DNA of 29,733 nt from Promethearchaeota archaeon. Its GTDB lineage: Archaea; Asgardarchaeota; Lokiarchaeia; Sigyniarchaeales; SOKP01. Below the pieces are notes generated by a model. The model was not told where the DNA came from and did not search any database. It was given only the letters and a program-made list of their open reading frames with translations. The stretch covers positions 1-29,733 of the forward strand of contig JBHLNS010000040.1 in the NCBI GenBank assembly GCA_048941285.1. Direction: 5' to 3'. Made by a program: the position numbers and the translations under genes. Below, in pieces: positions 1 to 9,852 of the stretch; positions within the stretch are counted from its first letter, which is position 1; each line of letters begins with the position of its first letter.

Positions 1-1767
1 GAAGTAAAAGGTTTAGAAGATGATATAAGACTTCATGATTTAATTAAAATTACAAAATTTAACATAATAAGTGAAGTTATTCAAATTTATTCTGATTACA
101 TTGTAGCGCAATGTTATGACAGCACTCATAGGTTAAAATTAAAAGATAAAGTTATTAATCTTCAGAAACCATTATCTATGGAGTTAGGCCCTGGTTTGTT
201 GACAAACGTTTTTGATGGGATCCAACGACCTTTAGAGACAATATTTCAACATTTCAAAGAAGGCCAATTAGAAAGAGGAATAGATTTTCCTTCACTATCA
301 AGAACAAAAAAATGGCATTTCATTCCATTAAGAAAGCTAGGTGAAGATCTATACAGTGGAGATATTATTGGAACTGTTCAAGAAACGCAAAATATTAACC
401 ACAAGATAATGATTCCACCTGAATCTTATGGAAAGTTATCCTTTATCGTAGAAGAAGGAGATTATTCCGTCATTGATGAAATTTATTGTCTAAATGATAA
501 TAATACGGAAAAATCCTATACTTTGATGCAAAAATGGCCAATTAACAAAAGAAGACCATTTACAAAGAAAATTAAGCCCAGTGAGCCTTTAATAACTGGG
601 ACACGTATAATAGATTTACTTTTCCCTATTGCTAAAGGAGGCACATTTGGTGTTCCTGGAGGATTTGGAACAGGAAAAACAGTAATGTTACAAGCAATTG
701 CCAAATATTGTAATGCGGATATAATTGTATTCATAGGTTGTGGTGAACCTGGTAATGAAATTGCAAATCTTTTAAAGCAATTTACAGAAATTTATGATAC
801 CAAAAGTTCTAGACCATTAAGTGAACACATAATTGTAATTGCGAATACATCAAATATGCCTGTTTCTGCTCGCGAGGCTAGTCTATTCTCAGGAGTTACT
901 ATTGCTGAGTATTATCGAGATATGGGATATGATGTTGCCGTCATCGCTGATAGTACATCTAGATGGGCAGAATCCCTTAGAGAAATTTCAGGATTATTAG
1001 AAGAAATGCCTGCAGAAGAAGGATATCCTGCATATTTATCAACAAAACTCTCAAGTTTTTATGAGAGAGCTGGTGTTTTTGAAACAAAAGGTCGAGATCA
1101 CTTAGGAAAAAGAAGTATTGGCTCTTTAACAATTATAGGATCAATATCACCTCCAGCGGGAGATTTCAGTGAACCAGTTACAACAGCTACTAAAAGAATA
1201 GTTCAAGGTCTATTGGCATTAGAAGGTAGTTTATCATATTTAAAGCATTATCCAGCTATTGATTGGTTAAAATCATATTCAAATTATATTGATTCTGTTT
1301 CGGAATGGTGGGTTAAAAACGACATTAATTGGTCTGAGATTAATATAAATTGGATGGAATGCCGAAGACAGGTCGACGAGATACTATCTAAAGAAAATGA
1401 TCTTACATTTATAATTCAATTAATTGGAAAAAAAAATTTAGATGATGGTCAAAAACTTGATTTATTTATTGCTAAATTAGTTCGAAACAGCTTTTTAATC
1501 CAGAATGCATTTGAAGAAATTGATAATTTTACTGACCATAATAAATTACTGGGACTAATAAAAATAATTCTTCTATTGTACAATGAAGGAAAAGTGCGAA
1601 TAAAACAAGGTTTTAAGTTTGACGAGAGTAAAGAAGATGAAGTTCTAAATAATATTATAAAAATTACACACACTGTGCCAAATGATAATTTTAAACAAAT
1701 CAATAAATTTAAAGAAACGGTACTAAACGAAATTCTCAACAGACTTTTTTTAGATAGGGGTAAATAG
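1..1767 (+). CDS. atpA: A/V-type ATP synthase subunit A (5'-truncated; divergent paralog)
   Basis: Frame is open from base 1 (EVKGLEDDIRLHDLIKI...). Motifs: ELGPGLL, DGIQRPL, Walker A GGFGTGKT, ANTSNMPVSAREAS, DSTSRWAESLREIS, EMPAEEGYPAYL, PPAGDFSEPVT. Confidence 0.93.
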   Translation, partial: EVKGLEDDIRLHDLIKITKFNIISEVIQIYSDYIVAQCYDSTHRLKLKDKVINLQKPLSMELGPGLLTNVFDGIQRPLETIFQHFKEGQLERGIDFPSLSRTKKWHFIPLRKLGEDLYSGDIIGTVQETQNINHKIMIPPESYGKLSFIVEEGDYSVIDEIYCLNDNNTEKSYTLMQKWPINKRRPFTKKIKPSEPLITGTRIIDLLFPIAKGGTFGVPGGFGTGKTVMLQAIAKYCNADIIVFIGCGEPGNEIANLLKQFTEIYDTKSSRPLSEHIIVIANTSNMPVSAREASLFSGVTIAEYYRDMGYDVAVIADSTSRWAESLREISGLLEEMPAEEGYPAYLSTKLSSFYERAGVFETKGRDHLGKRSIGSLTIIGSISPPAGDFSEPVTTATKRIVQGLLALEGSLSYLKHYPAIDWLKSYSNYIDSVSEWWVKNDINWSEININWMECRRQVDEILSKENDLTFIIQLIGKKNLDDGQKLDLFIAKLVRNSFLIQNAFEEIDNFTDHNKLLGLIKIILLLYNEGKVRIKQGFKFDESKEDEVLNNIIKITHTVPNDNFKQINKFKETVLNEILNRLFLDRGK

Positions 1768-1938
1768 AGAATGAAATGAATTTTTTAATTAATATTTGAT
1801 TTTTGGGTGCCTTTATCCTCTTAATGGAAAAGAGATCTATTTATCCAATTGGAGTAAAGTATTTAACAGTTAAGATTAAAGATTTTGTATTTAAAGGCAT
1901 AAGGTTTAAATTAATAATAAAACCTAATTATTGAATTC

Positions 1939-2535
1939 TCATGGTTTAAACCATTCAAAGAAATAATAACTACACGTAAGAGGATTAGCGATTACAAATT
2001 TCTTTCTTACAGATGTAGCTAAACGTCCAGCTCTAACCATATCAATCGCAGTAATTTCAGAATCATGTGGTAACACATGAACCATAAAAAGAGAATGTTC
2101 AAGTCCTGGTCCTTTTTTATAAACTACGAAATCTGCTCCGAATTTTAGTCCAGGTCTAGGGATATATCCTTTTTCTCTTAAATCTTTGTAAATTATATAT
2201 TTTTCCTCAAATTTATGATGAATCTTCTTTGCTATCTCTTTAAATGTATTAGAGTCTAAGAACTTATCCTCCTTTACATCAAAAATAGTAATTTCATTTC
2301 TTTCCAGGAGAAAAAATGATTCAATTAAGGATAATTCGCTCGGTTTGGAGAAATATTCTAATCTAGGTTTATGTATACCAAGTGGAGCACCAAAAAATCC
2401 TTTCTTTACATATAAATAGGATGCATACAAAGGATTGAAAACAATCACTCTTGAATTAATGAATTTAGTTGGAATTTTATCTGGGACTTCAATATCATCA
2501 AGAGAGATTTGTTCATCCTTTACTTGGTTCATCAC
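1939..2535 (-). CDS. endA: tRNA-intron (splicing) endonuclease, catalytic subunit
   Basis: LSLIES, YKDLREKGY, GLKFGADFVVYKKGPGLEHS and RLATSVRKK; the catalytic Tyr/His/Lys triad is present. Start is GTG 2535 or ATG 2532. Confidence 0.93.
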   Translation of the reverse strand: MMNQVKDEQISLDDIEVPDKIPTKFINSRVIVFNPLYASYLYVKKGFFGAPLGIHKPRLEYFSKPSELSLIESFFLLERNEITIFDVKEDKFLDSNTFKEIAKKIHHKFEEKYIIYKDLREKGYIPRPGLKFGADFVVYKKGPGLEHSLFMVHVLPHDSEITAIDMVRAGRLATSVRKKFVIANPLTCSYYFFEWFKP

Positions 2536-2657
2536 TAAAGAGGTATTAAAAATGACTTAATAAATCTTTCAATTTTACTTTAATTAGATGAAATTATATA
2601 AATTTCAACATTATTAAGTTTAGTAATATATATTAAAAACAAATAAGGGAAAAAAAA

Positions 2658-3542
2658 ATGGTCATCCGTAAGGCTGCTGTGGCAGGTACTTTTTACCCCC
2701 GTTACAAACCAGATTTAATAAATATATTAAAAGAATCATTTCTAAATAAAGAGTTTGGTCCTGGAGAAGAACCAAAAACTCTCAATCAAGAACAAAGATC
2801 CATCATTGGGGGGGTTTCTCCTCATGCGGGGTATATCTATTCTGGATGTTGTGCAGCTTTTACTTTTTTAAATTTGTTTAAAGAAAGGATTCCTGATACT
2901 GTTATTGTATTAGGTACGGATCATCAGGGGTATGGAAAGATTGGTTTAATGGATGAAGGAGAATGGGAAACACCTTTAGGAAATATTAGTATAGATGAAA
3001 CCTTATCTAAAAAGATATTAGATAATAGTGAAATTATTAAGAATGATGAATCTGCATTTATTGGTTTTCCTTTTGGACGAGAACATAATATAGAAGTCCA
3101 ATTACCATTTATTAAATATTGCGCTCAGGACAAAAACGTTAAATTTGTACCAATAAAAATATCTAATAGAGATTTTAATGTCTTAAATCGATTAGCTAAT
3201 GATTTATCAAAAGCTATTCAATCATATGATAAAGATGTAGTAATTGTTGCCTCATCTGATATGACTCATAGAGAAGTTTATGATTCAAAACAATTAAGTA
3301 AATTTAAAGAGCGTGATCAACAAGTAATTGATGCTTTTGTCAAGGGGGAGCCTAAAAATACATTTGAAGCTGCATCAAGAACGACAGTTTGTGGACCTCA
3401 AACTATAACTTCTTTAATGATGATATGTAAGAATTTAAATGCAAATAAAGGAAAATTATTAAAATATTACACGAGTTCTGAAAGGACTGGAAATATAAGT
3501 GGATATTGCGTTGGTTATTTTTCTGGGGTTTTTATGAAATAA
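2658..3542 (+). CDS. amrB: MEMO1 family protein (AmmeMemoRadiSam system protein B)
   Basis: RKAAVAGTFYP, PHAGYIYSG, WETPLG, EHNIEVQLPF, ASSDMTH, TVCG and YYTS motifs. Confidence 0.92.
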   Translation: MVIRKAAVAGTFYPRYKPDLINILKESFLNKEFGPGEEPKTLNQEQRSIIGGVSPHAGYIYSGCCAAFTFLNLFKERIPDTVIVLGTDHQGYGKIGLMDEGEWETPLGNISIDETLSKKILDNSEIIKNDESAFIGFPFGREHNIEVQLPFIKYCAQDKNVKFVPIKISNRDFNVLNRLANDLSKAIQSYDKDVVIVASSDMTHREVYDSKQLSKFKERDQQVIDAFVKGEPKNTFEAASRTTVCGPQTITSLMMICKNLNANKGKLLKYYTSSERTGNISGYCVGYFSGVFMK

Positions 3543-3590
3543 TTCACTATTAATATTTAAAAATTATAAAGTAAAAGGTTTTGTAGTAAA

Positions 3591-4700
3591 ATGCCGGGAG
3601 ATAATGAAAAAATTGAGGATTTTGTGAGTCTTTGGAGAAAAAAGATGGAAAATGGAATTGATAGACCTAGTGTCATAAGAGAAACTTTAGATAGAATAAA
3701 AGAAGTAGAAAATGAAAATGAATTATTAAGAAACAAAATTAAAGACAACATAGAATTGATAAGTAGGACAGAAAAAATTATAAAGAACACTATTGATGAA
3801 AATGAAAGCTTAAAAGCGCAATTAAAGCAAAAAGAAATAGGTACTGGAATTAATTTAAATGATCTTCAGCAAAAGAACATTAGTCTTAATAACACAATAA
3901 TAGATTTAGAAAAAAAATTAGCCGAAAAAGAAGTGGAATTAAGAGCAAGAAGTAATGAAAAAATTGAGTTAGAAGCTAAATTAGAGGTTGCTTCAAAATC
4001 AATAGTCAAATCACCTGCTATGGATTCTGGGGCAAGTAGTGCTCTGATTGAGGATCTGAAATCTGATTTGGATAAAAAAAATGCTCAAATTGAGGAACTA
4101 CAAAATAAAGCTAATGCTTTAATTGAAGAAAATGAAGGTTTAAGCCAACAATTAGTAGATGTAGAAAAGATGAAATCTTTACCTATTGATTACGTAGTTC
4201 CTGTAGAGCAACCAAAACCATCGGTAATAAGACCTCAAACAACACAACCATCAACGGAAACCCTTGAAAGATTATGTCAAGACCTTCAACAAGATCTAAA
4301 TAAATATAAAAGAAACTTAGAAAAATTATCCAAAGAAAAAGATGATCTTCAAAAAACACTTGAAAGTGGAGGATATCAATTAGAACCTGAGGAAATTAAG
4401 GCACTAAAAAAAGAAAACGAAGCCTTAAAAGACGATCTATCACAATTACAGGAGACTTTAAAAATAAAACAAAAAGATTCTCCTCAAATCAATACGAAAA
4501 TAGATAACCTTCAGCAAGAAATAAAAGAAAGAGATCTTTTAATCAATAAACTCAAATCATCCCAGCAAAATCAGGCCTCAGTAGGCAAAGGGCCAATGTC
4601 AGGTTTGGTAGAAGACTTACAGAATAAAATAAACAAACTTAAAATAACAATAGAAGAAAAGGATAAAATTATTGAAGATTTACAAAAAAAGTCCACTTAA
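3591..4700 (+). CDS. long coiled-coil protein of unknown function
   Basis: 369 aa, E/K/L/Q-rich heptad pattern interrupted by S/P-rich linkers. Its stop codon directly abuts the next ATG (TAA-ATG). Confidence 0.8.
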   Translation: MPGDNEKIEDFVSLWRKKMENGIDRPSVIRETLDRIKEVENENELLRNKIKDNIELISRTEKIIKNTIDENESLKAQLKQKEIGTGINLNDLQQKNISLNNTIIDLEKKLAEKEVELRARSNEKIELEAKLEVASKSIVKSPAMDSGASSALIEDLKSDLDKKNAQIEELQNKANALIEENEGLSQQLVDVEKMKSLPIDYVVPVEQPKPSVIRPQTTQPSTETLERLCQDLQQDLNKYKRNLEKLSKEKDDLQKTLESGGYQLEPEEIKALKKENEALKDDLSQLQETLKIKQKDSPQINTKIDNLQQEIKERDLLINKLKSSQQNQASVGKGPMSGLVEDLQNKINKLKITIEEKDKIIEDLQKKST

Positions 4701-5684
4701 ATGAATGTCCATAATAAAAATCACCCCTCTATTATTTTTGCAGGTCATTTTGCAATTGATAACATAATAAGATTCAAGCACCGGAATAAACCTAGCCTTG
4801 GAGGAAGTGTATCCTATTGCTCTTTAGCTCTAAATAGTTATACCCAAAATGTTAAAATAGGCATAATTTCTCATATTGGTAAATTAAATTTTAATAGTTC
4901 TCTGATAGATAGGATTAAGAATGAAAAAATTGATTTAAGAGGGATTAAATATTCACAAGTGAACAACACTAATTTTGTCTTAGATTACTACGATCATGCA
5001 AGGACTTTAACTCTTAAATCGAGAAGCCCCAATCTTAAGTTTAAAGATATCCCCTTAGAATATCTTAATCATCCTCCGGATATGTTTGTGCTAGTTCCAT
5101 TATGTAATGAAATTTCATATAACTATGTAAAAAAAATTTTGACATATTTTCCCGATACTTATATCGGTATAGATTTACAGGGTTTTATTAGAAAAATTAA
5201 TGAGGAAGGGAAAGTAGCTTATATTTATGATGAGGAAATCATCTCAAATATTGAAAAAATAATTAATTTAGTTGGAAATAATTTAATTTTGAAGGGATCA
5301 GAAGAAGAAATGAATTTACTTGCCAGAGAATGCGATGATTTTGAAAAAATTATGACACATTGTAATAAAAATTACGATTATGGAATTTATATTATGACAA
5401 TGGGAGAAAAAGGGTCTATGCTCTCTAAAAAAGGAGAAAAGATCCTTAATATTCCTGCTTTTAAGCCTAAAAGAGTTGTAGATGAAACTGGTGCCGGAGA
5501 TGTCTACTTCTCGATATTCTTATATGAGTTTATTCATTCTGATAAATCCTGGGAACAAATTGAAAATGCTGCATATCTGGCTTCAGCAGCAGCATCTTTC
5601 CTAGTTGAAAAAAAAGGACCTAATGGCTTTGTAACCAAAAAAGCAGTTTTAAAAAGAATAAAAAAAAAAATATATATCAATTAG
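4701..5684 (+). CDS. PfkB/ribokinase-family carbohydrate kinase
   Basis: N-terminal GHFAID and LGGSVSY; DLQG, KGSEEE, TMGEKGS; C-terminal signature DETGAGDVY. Confidence 0.9.
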   Translation: MNVHNKNHPSIIFAGHFAIDNIIRFKHRNKPSLGGSVSYCSLALNSYTQNVKIGIISHIGKLNFNSSLIDRIKNEKIDLRGIKYSQVNNTNFVLDYYDHARTLTLKSRSPNLKFKDIPLEYLNHPPDMFVLVPLCNEISYNYVKKILTYFPDTYIGIDLQGFIRKINEEGKVAYIYDEEIISNIEKIINLVGNNLILKGSEEEMNLLARECDDFEKIMTHCNKNYDYGIYIMTMGEKGSMLSKKGEKILNIPAFKPKRVVDETGAGDVYFSIFLYEFIHSDKSWEQIENAAYLASAAASFLVEKKGPNGFVTKKAVLKRIKKKIYIN

Positions 5685-5709
5685 TCTCAAAAATTAATTA
5701 ATTAGTTTT

Positions 5710-6318
5710 ATGCATATAAATTTTCATTTTGCGGTTGGAGTTATTTTTGCATCCATTTTAAACAATTTTTTAAATTTTACAGTATTAGATTTTGTTCTAA
5801 TTGTATTTTTTTCCTTTATTTGTGATCTTGATATTTTTTTCAATAAATATGCGAAAGACCATAATCACAGGTTATTAATTACTCATTCAATAATTCCTAG
5901 TATTGTTATTATTATACTTGGATATGTATTTAACTTCCTGGCATTAATTCTTAGTGGTTTAAGCTATTCTATTCATATATTTATTGACACTTTTGATTGG
6001 GGCACAAATATTTTCTACTTTCAAAAAAAACAGGTTGGTTTTAAATTATTAATCTCTAAAGAAGAATTTGACAATTTACCTAAATATTTAGCCAATTATA
6101 GAGTACCTGCCTCCTTTTTTGATGAGAAATATTATCGTAATAAGATATGTTTGGGATCAGAGATAATAATTTTTATTCTAATGGTGGTTTTTCTAATCCT
6201 ATTTGCTTTAAATTATATTTTCATGATTTTACTGTATTTTCTGTGGTTATTTTTTCATTTACAGCGTCATTTTTCTCTTAAAAAAATTGAAAAGAACCAT
6301 AAAGAACTACACTTTTAA
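5710..6318 (+). CDS. membrane-bound metal-dependent hydrolase (YdjM-like)
   Basis: Hydrophobic helices with N-terminal H, CDLD, HRLLITHS and HIFID motifs. Confidence 0.7.
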   Translation: MHINFHFAVGVIFASILNNFLNFTVLDFVLIVFFSFICDLDIFFNKYAKDHNHRLLITHSIIPSIVIIILGYVFNFLALILSGLSYSIHIFIDTFDWGTNIFYFQKKQVGFKLLISKEEFDNLPKYLANYRVPASFFDEKYYRNKICLGSEIIIFILMVVFLILFALNYIFMILLYFLWLFFHLQRHFSLKKIEKNHKELHF

Positions 6319-6391
6319 TTAATATATAGAAGATTTTTGTAAGACATTGTATTAGTTACCCTAGAATAAAAAATTACTGAAGCCGATATCT

Positions 6392-6910
6392 ATGGATGAA
6401 AATCAGTTAAAAGTTTTTGAATGCGATTTAAACGATTCTAGTTTGTTTAATTGTATTCTGAAAGAGGTGGGTGAACCAGATATTGATACATTATTAACGT
6501 CTACTCCTTTATTGCCTGATAAATCATTTATTAATTGTTTAAATGCATCATTAGTAAATTGTTTGAGAAATAATAGAGAAGAATTAGATTTTCCTCGGAT
6601 ACAATTAAAAACTACTAAAAATGAAAGCGGAGAATTATTAATTAAACATATTAATATTATAGTTGATAAAGATTTTAAAGATGATTTAATACGTGAAAGA
6701 ATCAATCAATGTCTCAAATTTGTTAGAAAAGCTTGCACATTAAACGATTCTATTCAATTATCAATAATCCACTCCGAAGTTAAAGAAGACTTGAAGTACT
6801 ATAAGGTTGAATTGACTAAAATTAGCCAACTTCTAGAGAATATTAGAGATAATAAAACAAAAAAAGAAAATTTATTCTCACTCTTTAGAGATATCGCTTC
6901 TAACAAATAA
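6392..6910 (+). CDS. divergent OsmC-like protein with C-terminal helical extension
   Basis: Aligns by eye with the two downstream paralogs: FECDL, CLNASLVNCL, KNESGELLIKHINI, RINQCLKF, ACTLNDSI. Confidence 0.6.
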   Translation: MDENQLKVFECDLNDSSLFNCILKEVGEPDIDTLLTSTPLLPDKSFINCLNASLVNCLRNNREELDFPRIQLKTTKNESGELLIKHINIIVDKDFKDDLIRERINQCLKFVRKACTLNDSIQLSIIHSEVKEDLKYYKVELTKISQLLENIRDNKTKKENLFSLFRDIASNK

Positions 6911-6935
6911 ATTTCTCCAAATAATATGGTAAGGG

Positions 6936-7412
6936 ATGATTTTTATTATGAATGAGATGAAAGCTAAAGTTGGTATAAAATTGGATGATTTAGATTCACA
7001 AATGATATTTAAATGCGACTTAGGTAACATGAAGGTTAAAGATTGCTATATAGATGAAGAACATCATGATGAAGTAGATATGCTAGGTCCAAATCCATCA
7101 AGATTGCTCGCTTTAGGAGTTTTAGGATGTTTAAGTGCAAGTTTTATATTCTGTTTAAAGAAAAGAAATTTGAAAGTTGTTGACTTTAAAAGTGAAGCGG
7201 AAGTTACCATTGCACGGAATGAAAAAGGTTTCTGGAGAATCAAAAAAATTGATGTGAATATAGAACCAAAAATTAATGATCCGGACACTCTTAAAAGAGC
7301 GGAACAATGTTTAAAAACTGTTAAAGATGGGGTAAGTTTTTTTGAGGAATACTGTATCGTGACCCAATCTGTCCGTGCCGGTATTGAAGTAAATGTTAAT
7401 ATTGATATGTAA
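6936..7412 (+). CDS. OsmC/Ohr family protein
   Basis: GPNPSRLLALGVLGCLSASF and YCIVTQSVRAGIEV; the OsmC Cys pair is present. Start may be ATG 6948. Confidence 0.85.
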   Translation: MIFIMNEMKAKVGIKLDDLDSQMIFKCDLGNMKVKDCYIDEEHHDEVDMLGPNPSRLLALGVLGCLSASFIFCLKKRNLKVVDFKSEAEVTIARNEKGFWRIKKIDVNIEPKINDPDTLKRAEQCLKTVKDGVSFFEEYCIVTQSVRAGIEVNVNIDM

Positions 7413-7453
7413 TTTACTATTTTTATTTTTTATTAAATTAAGGTGAAATTTAA

Positions 7454-7891
7454 TTGCCAGATGAATATAAATCTGAAGTAGGTATAAGTTTAGAAGAAGA
7501 AATGATATTTAAATGCGATTTGGGGCAAATTAAAATGGATGATTTATTTATTGACGATCGGCATAAGAAATCAATTGATAAAATTGGACCAAATCCTTCA
7601 AGGCTGTTAGCATTATCGGTTCTCGGATGTATGGGGGCTAGTTTTGCTTTTTGCTTACAAAAGAAAAATTTTTCTTTATCCGATTTCGAAGGAAAAGCAT
7701 TTATTACTAGTAAGAGAAATGAACAAGGATTTTGGAGAATAAAAAAAATTGATATACATTTAAATCCAAAGATTGAAAACCAAGAAATGCGTAAAAGAGC
7801 AGATCAATGCCAGAAATTTTTTGAACAATTTTGCATTATTTCAGAATCTTTAAGAGAGGGAATTGAGATAAACACTAACTTTAATTATTAA
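7454..7891 (+). CDS. OsmC/Ohr family protein (paralog of the upstream gene)
   Basis: GPNPSRLLALSVLGCMGASF and FCIISESLREGIEI. TTG start preceded by SD-like AGGTGA. Confidence 0.85.
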   Translation: MPDEYKSEVGISLEEEMIFKCDLGQIKMDDLFIDDRHKKSIDKIGPNPSRLLALSVLGCMGASFAFCLQKKNFSLSDFEGKAFITSKRNEQGFWRIKKIDIHLNPKIENQEMRKRADQCQKFFEQFCIISESLREGIEINTNFNY

Positions 7892-7904
7892 ATCTCTCTC
7901 TAAA

Positions 7905-8903
7905 TTAATCTTTTATACCATCTTCAGTAATTGAAAAAATAGCATCACTTTCAGGAATATGAGGAGCATCAACAACTTTAACAATTCGTTGTTCACCTTT
8001 TCCTTTTCGTAAAAATAGACGTATGGTTGCTCCATGAGCTACAACATGGCCCCCAGTATGTGTTAATGGATTACCATAAAACACATCTGGTTTAGCAGAA
8101 ACCTGATTTGTAAATAAAACGGCTAATTCATCATAAGTCTCAGTTAATCTCAATAAATCATGTATATGTGTATTTATTATTTGTTGGCGTTCTGCTAAAG
8201 TTCCTCTACCAATATATTCACTACGGAAGTGACCTATAAGAGAATCAACTACAATTAATTTAATTTTTCGTTCACTTATGATTTTCGGAGCCTCTTTAGC
8301 TAATAAAATCTGATGATTACTATTATAAGCTCTTCCGACAGTTATTTTTTTTAAGACATCGCTATGATCTAAATCTTTTGCAAGTGCCATTTGAATTATT
8401 CTTTCTGGTCTAAATGTCCCTTCAGTATCTATATACAATGCACCACCCTCTAATCCGCCCTCTTCATAGGAAAGTTGGACGTTAACACACAATTGATGAG
8501 CTAATTGTGTTTTACCTGTTCTGTATTCTCCAAAAACCTCTGTAACTGCTCCTGGTTCGATTCCACCTAATAATAAATCATCTAAATTCTGACTACCGGT
8601 AGTTAATCTGTGCAAAGTTTTTCTTTTTTCCCATATTTTATCAGCTGATTTAAATCCCATTTTTTCAATATCTTGGGCAACTTTAATAATTTTTTCGGCG
8701 GTCTTTTCTCCTATTCCTGCTTCATCCATTAATTTATTTAATGGGTATAAAGCAAGAGTTCTAATTGAAATTATCCCAGCTTCTTGCAATTTTTTCACTG
8801 TTGCTTCTCCTACTCCTGGAAGGTCCTTCAATGTATAGGAGGCTTTTGATTTTGAACTTTCTTTATTGTTTGTATCTTCGGGTTGAACTTTTTTTTTTGC
8901 CAT
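7905..8903 (-). CDS. radA: DNA repair and recombination protein RadA
   Basis: N-terminal HhH (LPGVGEAT), Walker [33 protein letters not shown] and TNQV motifs. No intein. Confidence 0.96.
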   Translation of the reverse strand: MAKKKVQPEDTNNKESSKSKASYTLKDLPGVGEATVKKLQEAGIISIRTLALYPLNKLMDEAGIGEKTAEKIIKVAQDIEKMGFKSADKIWEKRKTLHRLTTGSQNLDDLLLGGIEPGAVTEVFGEYRTGKTQLAHQLCVNVQLSYEEGGLEGGALYIDTEGTFRPERIIQMALAKDLDHSDVLKKITVGRAYNSNHQILLAKEAPKIISERKIKLIVVDSLIGHFRSEYIGRGTLAERQQIINTHIHDLLRLTETYDELAVLFTNQVSAKPDVFYGNPLTHTGGHVVAHGATIRLFLRKGKGEQRIVKVVDAPHIPESDAIFSITEDGIKD

Positions 8904-8998
8904 TATATAATAATAATCTTAACTTTTATTTGAATTCCAGATAAATTTGATATTTTATCATGAAATAAATATAAAAATAAATATAAAAATAATTTTTT

Positions 8999-9664
8999 TT
9001 ATGTTTTCTCTAACCCGCTTCTTGTTATAAGAAGAAGGATTAGAAATAATACAACTAAGAATAGGAACGTTAAAGTCCAAAAACCCGCTGGATCTGGTAT
9101 CCATATATAACTCAGATATAGAAAGGGAGCAATGAATATCACAACAAAGATAATAATAATCGGTAGAGGTATTTTTTCATCTTTAATATCTAAAATTAAA
9201 GGAATTATAACTAACAATATCAAAAATGTCGCAATAATTCTGAATGTCATTGCTATTACTGGATCAAAGACAAGTGAATGCACATTAGGTAACCAGAAAA
9301 ACCAGAACTTTTCTACAGTAGCTTGTAAAGAAGGATTGGCTTCTGGTATAATAGCGCTAATAATTAATTGTATTAAAATACTGATAGCTAAATACAATAA
9401 TATCTCATTGATTTCTTTTTCTTTTTTGCGATAAATACCTATAGTATCTCGTAATATTGTAATAATCCACAATCCGAATAGAATTATATATGCAATAAGT
9501 GGATCTCCCCCCATACCCCAAAAGTAATTAACCGGTATTACAGCAATAGCATAAGCTAAATAGCCATACTTCTCATTCCTACCAAATAAATCAAAAACCA
9601 AAAAAATCATAAATATAATAAATAGAGTTATCAAAATTATTACACTAGGAATGTCAAATGCCAT
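8999..9664 (-). CDS. multi-pass membrane protein of unknown function
   Basis: 221 aa with about 7 hydrophobic segments; no recognised family motif. Confidence 0.75.
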   Translation of the reverse strand: MAFDIPSVIILITLFIIFMIFLVFDLFGRNEKYGYLAYAIAVIPVNYFWGMGGDPLIAYIILFGLWIITILRDTIGIYRKKEKEINEILLYLAISILIQLIISAIIPEANPSLQATVEKFWFFWLPNVHSLVFDPVIAMTFRIIATFLILLVIIPLILDIKDEKIPLPIIIIFVVIFIAPFLYLSYIWIPDPAGFWTLTFLFLVVLFLILLLITRSGLEKT

Positions 9665-9852
9665 GATTTTTTCAACTTTTTTTTTGGATTGAAAGATATT
9701 TTAATATTATAATATAATTTATTCTATTTATTTTAAACCTTAACTCTATATTAGACCAAAAATAAAAAAAATGCGTCAAGGTCAATTTTCTATTAGATCA
9801 AGAACTCCCTTAAACAAATAAATTGCTAAGCTAAAAATAGATAATAGGAAAT

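Noticed and set aside
1770-1803. ATGA...TGAT pattern after atpA resembling a SECIS or kink-turn core
   Set aside because: The spacing is too short for SECIS helix II and there is no in-frame TGA in the visible upstream gene.
1809-1899. tRNA gene in the atpA-endA spacer
   Set aside because: An acceptor-like stem and hairpins exist, but there is no canonical T-arm (GTTCRA), the anticodon arm is poor and the GC content is very low. Kept only as a generic structure.
7905-8903. Inteins in RadA (and in AtpA), both common intein hosts
   Set aside because: Both proteins are continuous through their Walker A regions with normal spacing.
8963-8992. AAATAAATATAA tandem repeat upstream of radA
   Set aside because: A/T-only low-complexity sequence, most simply explained as promoter/terminator DNA.
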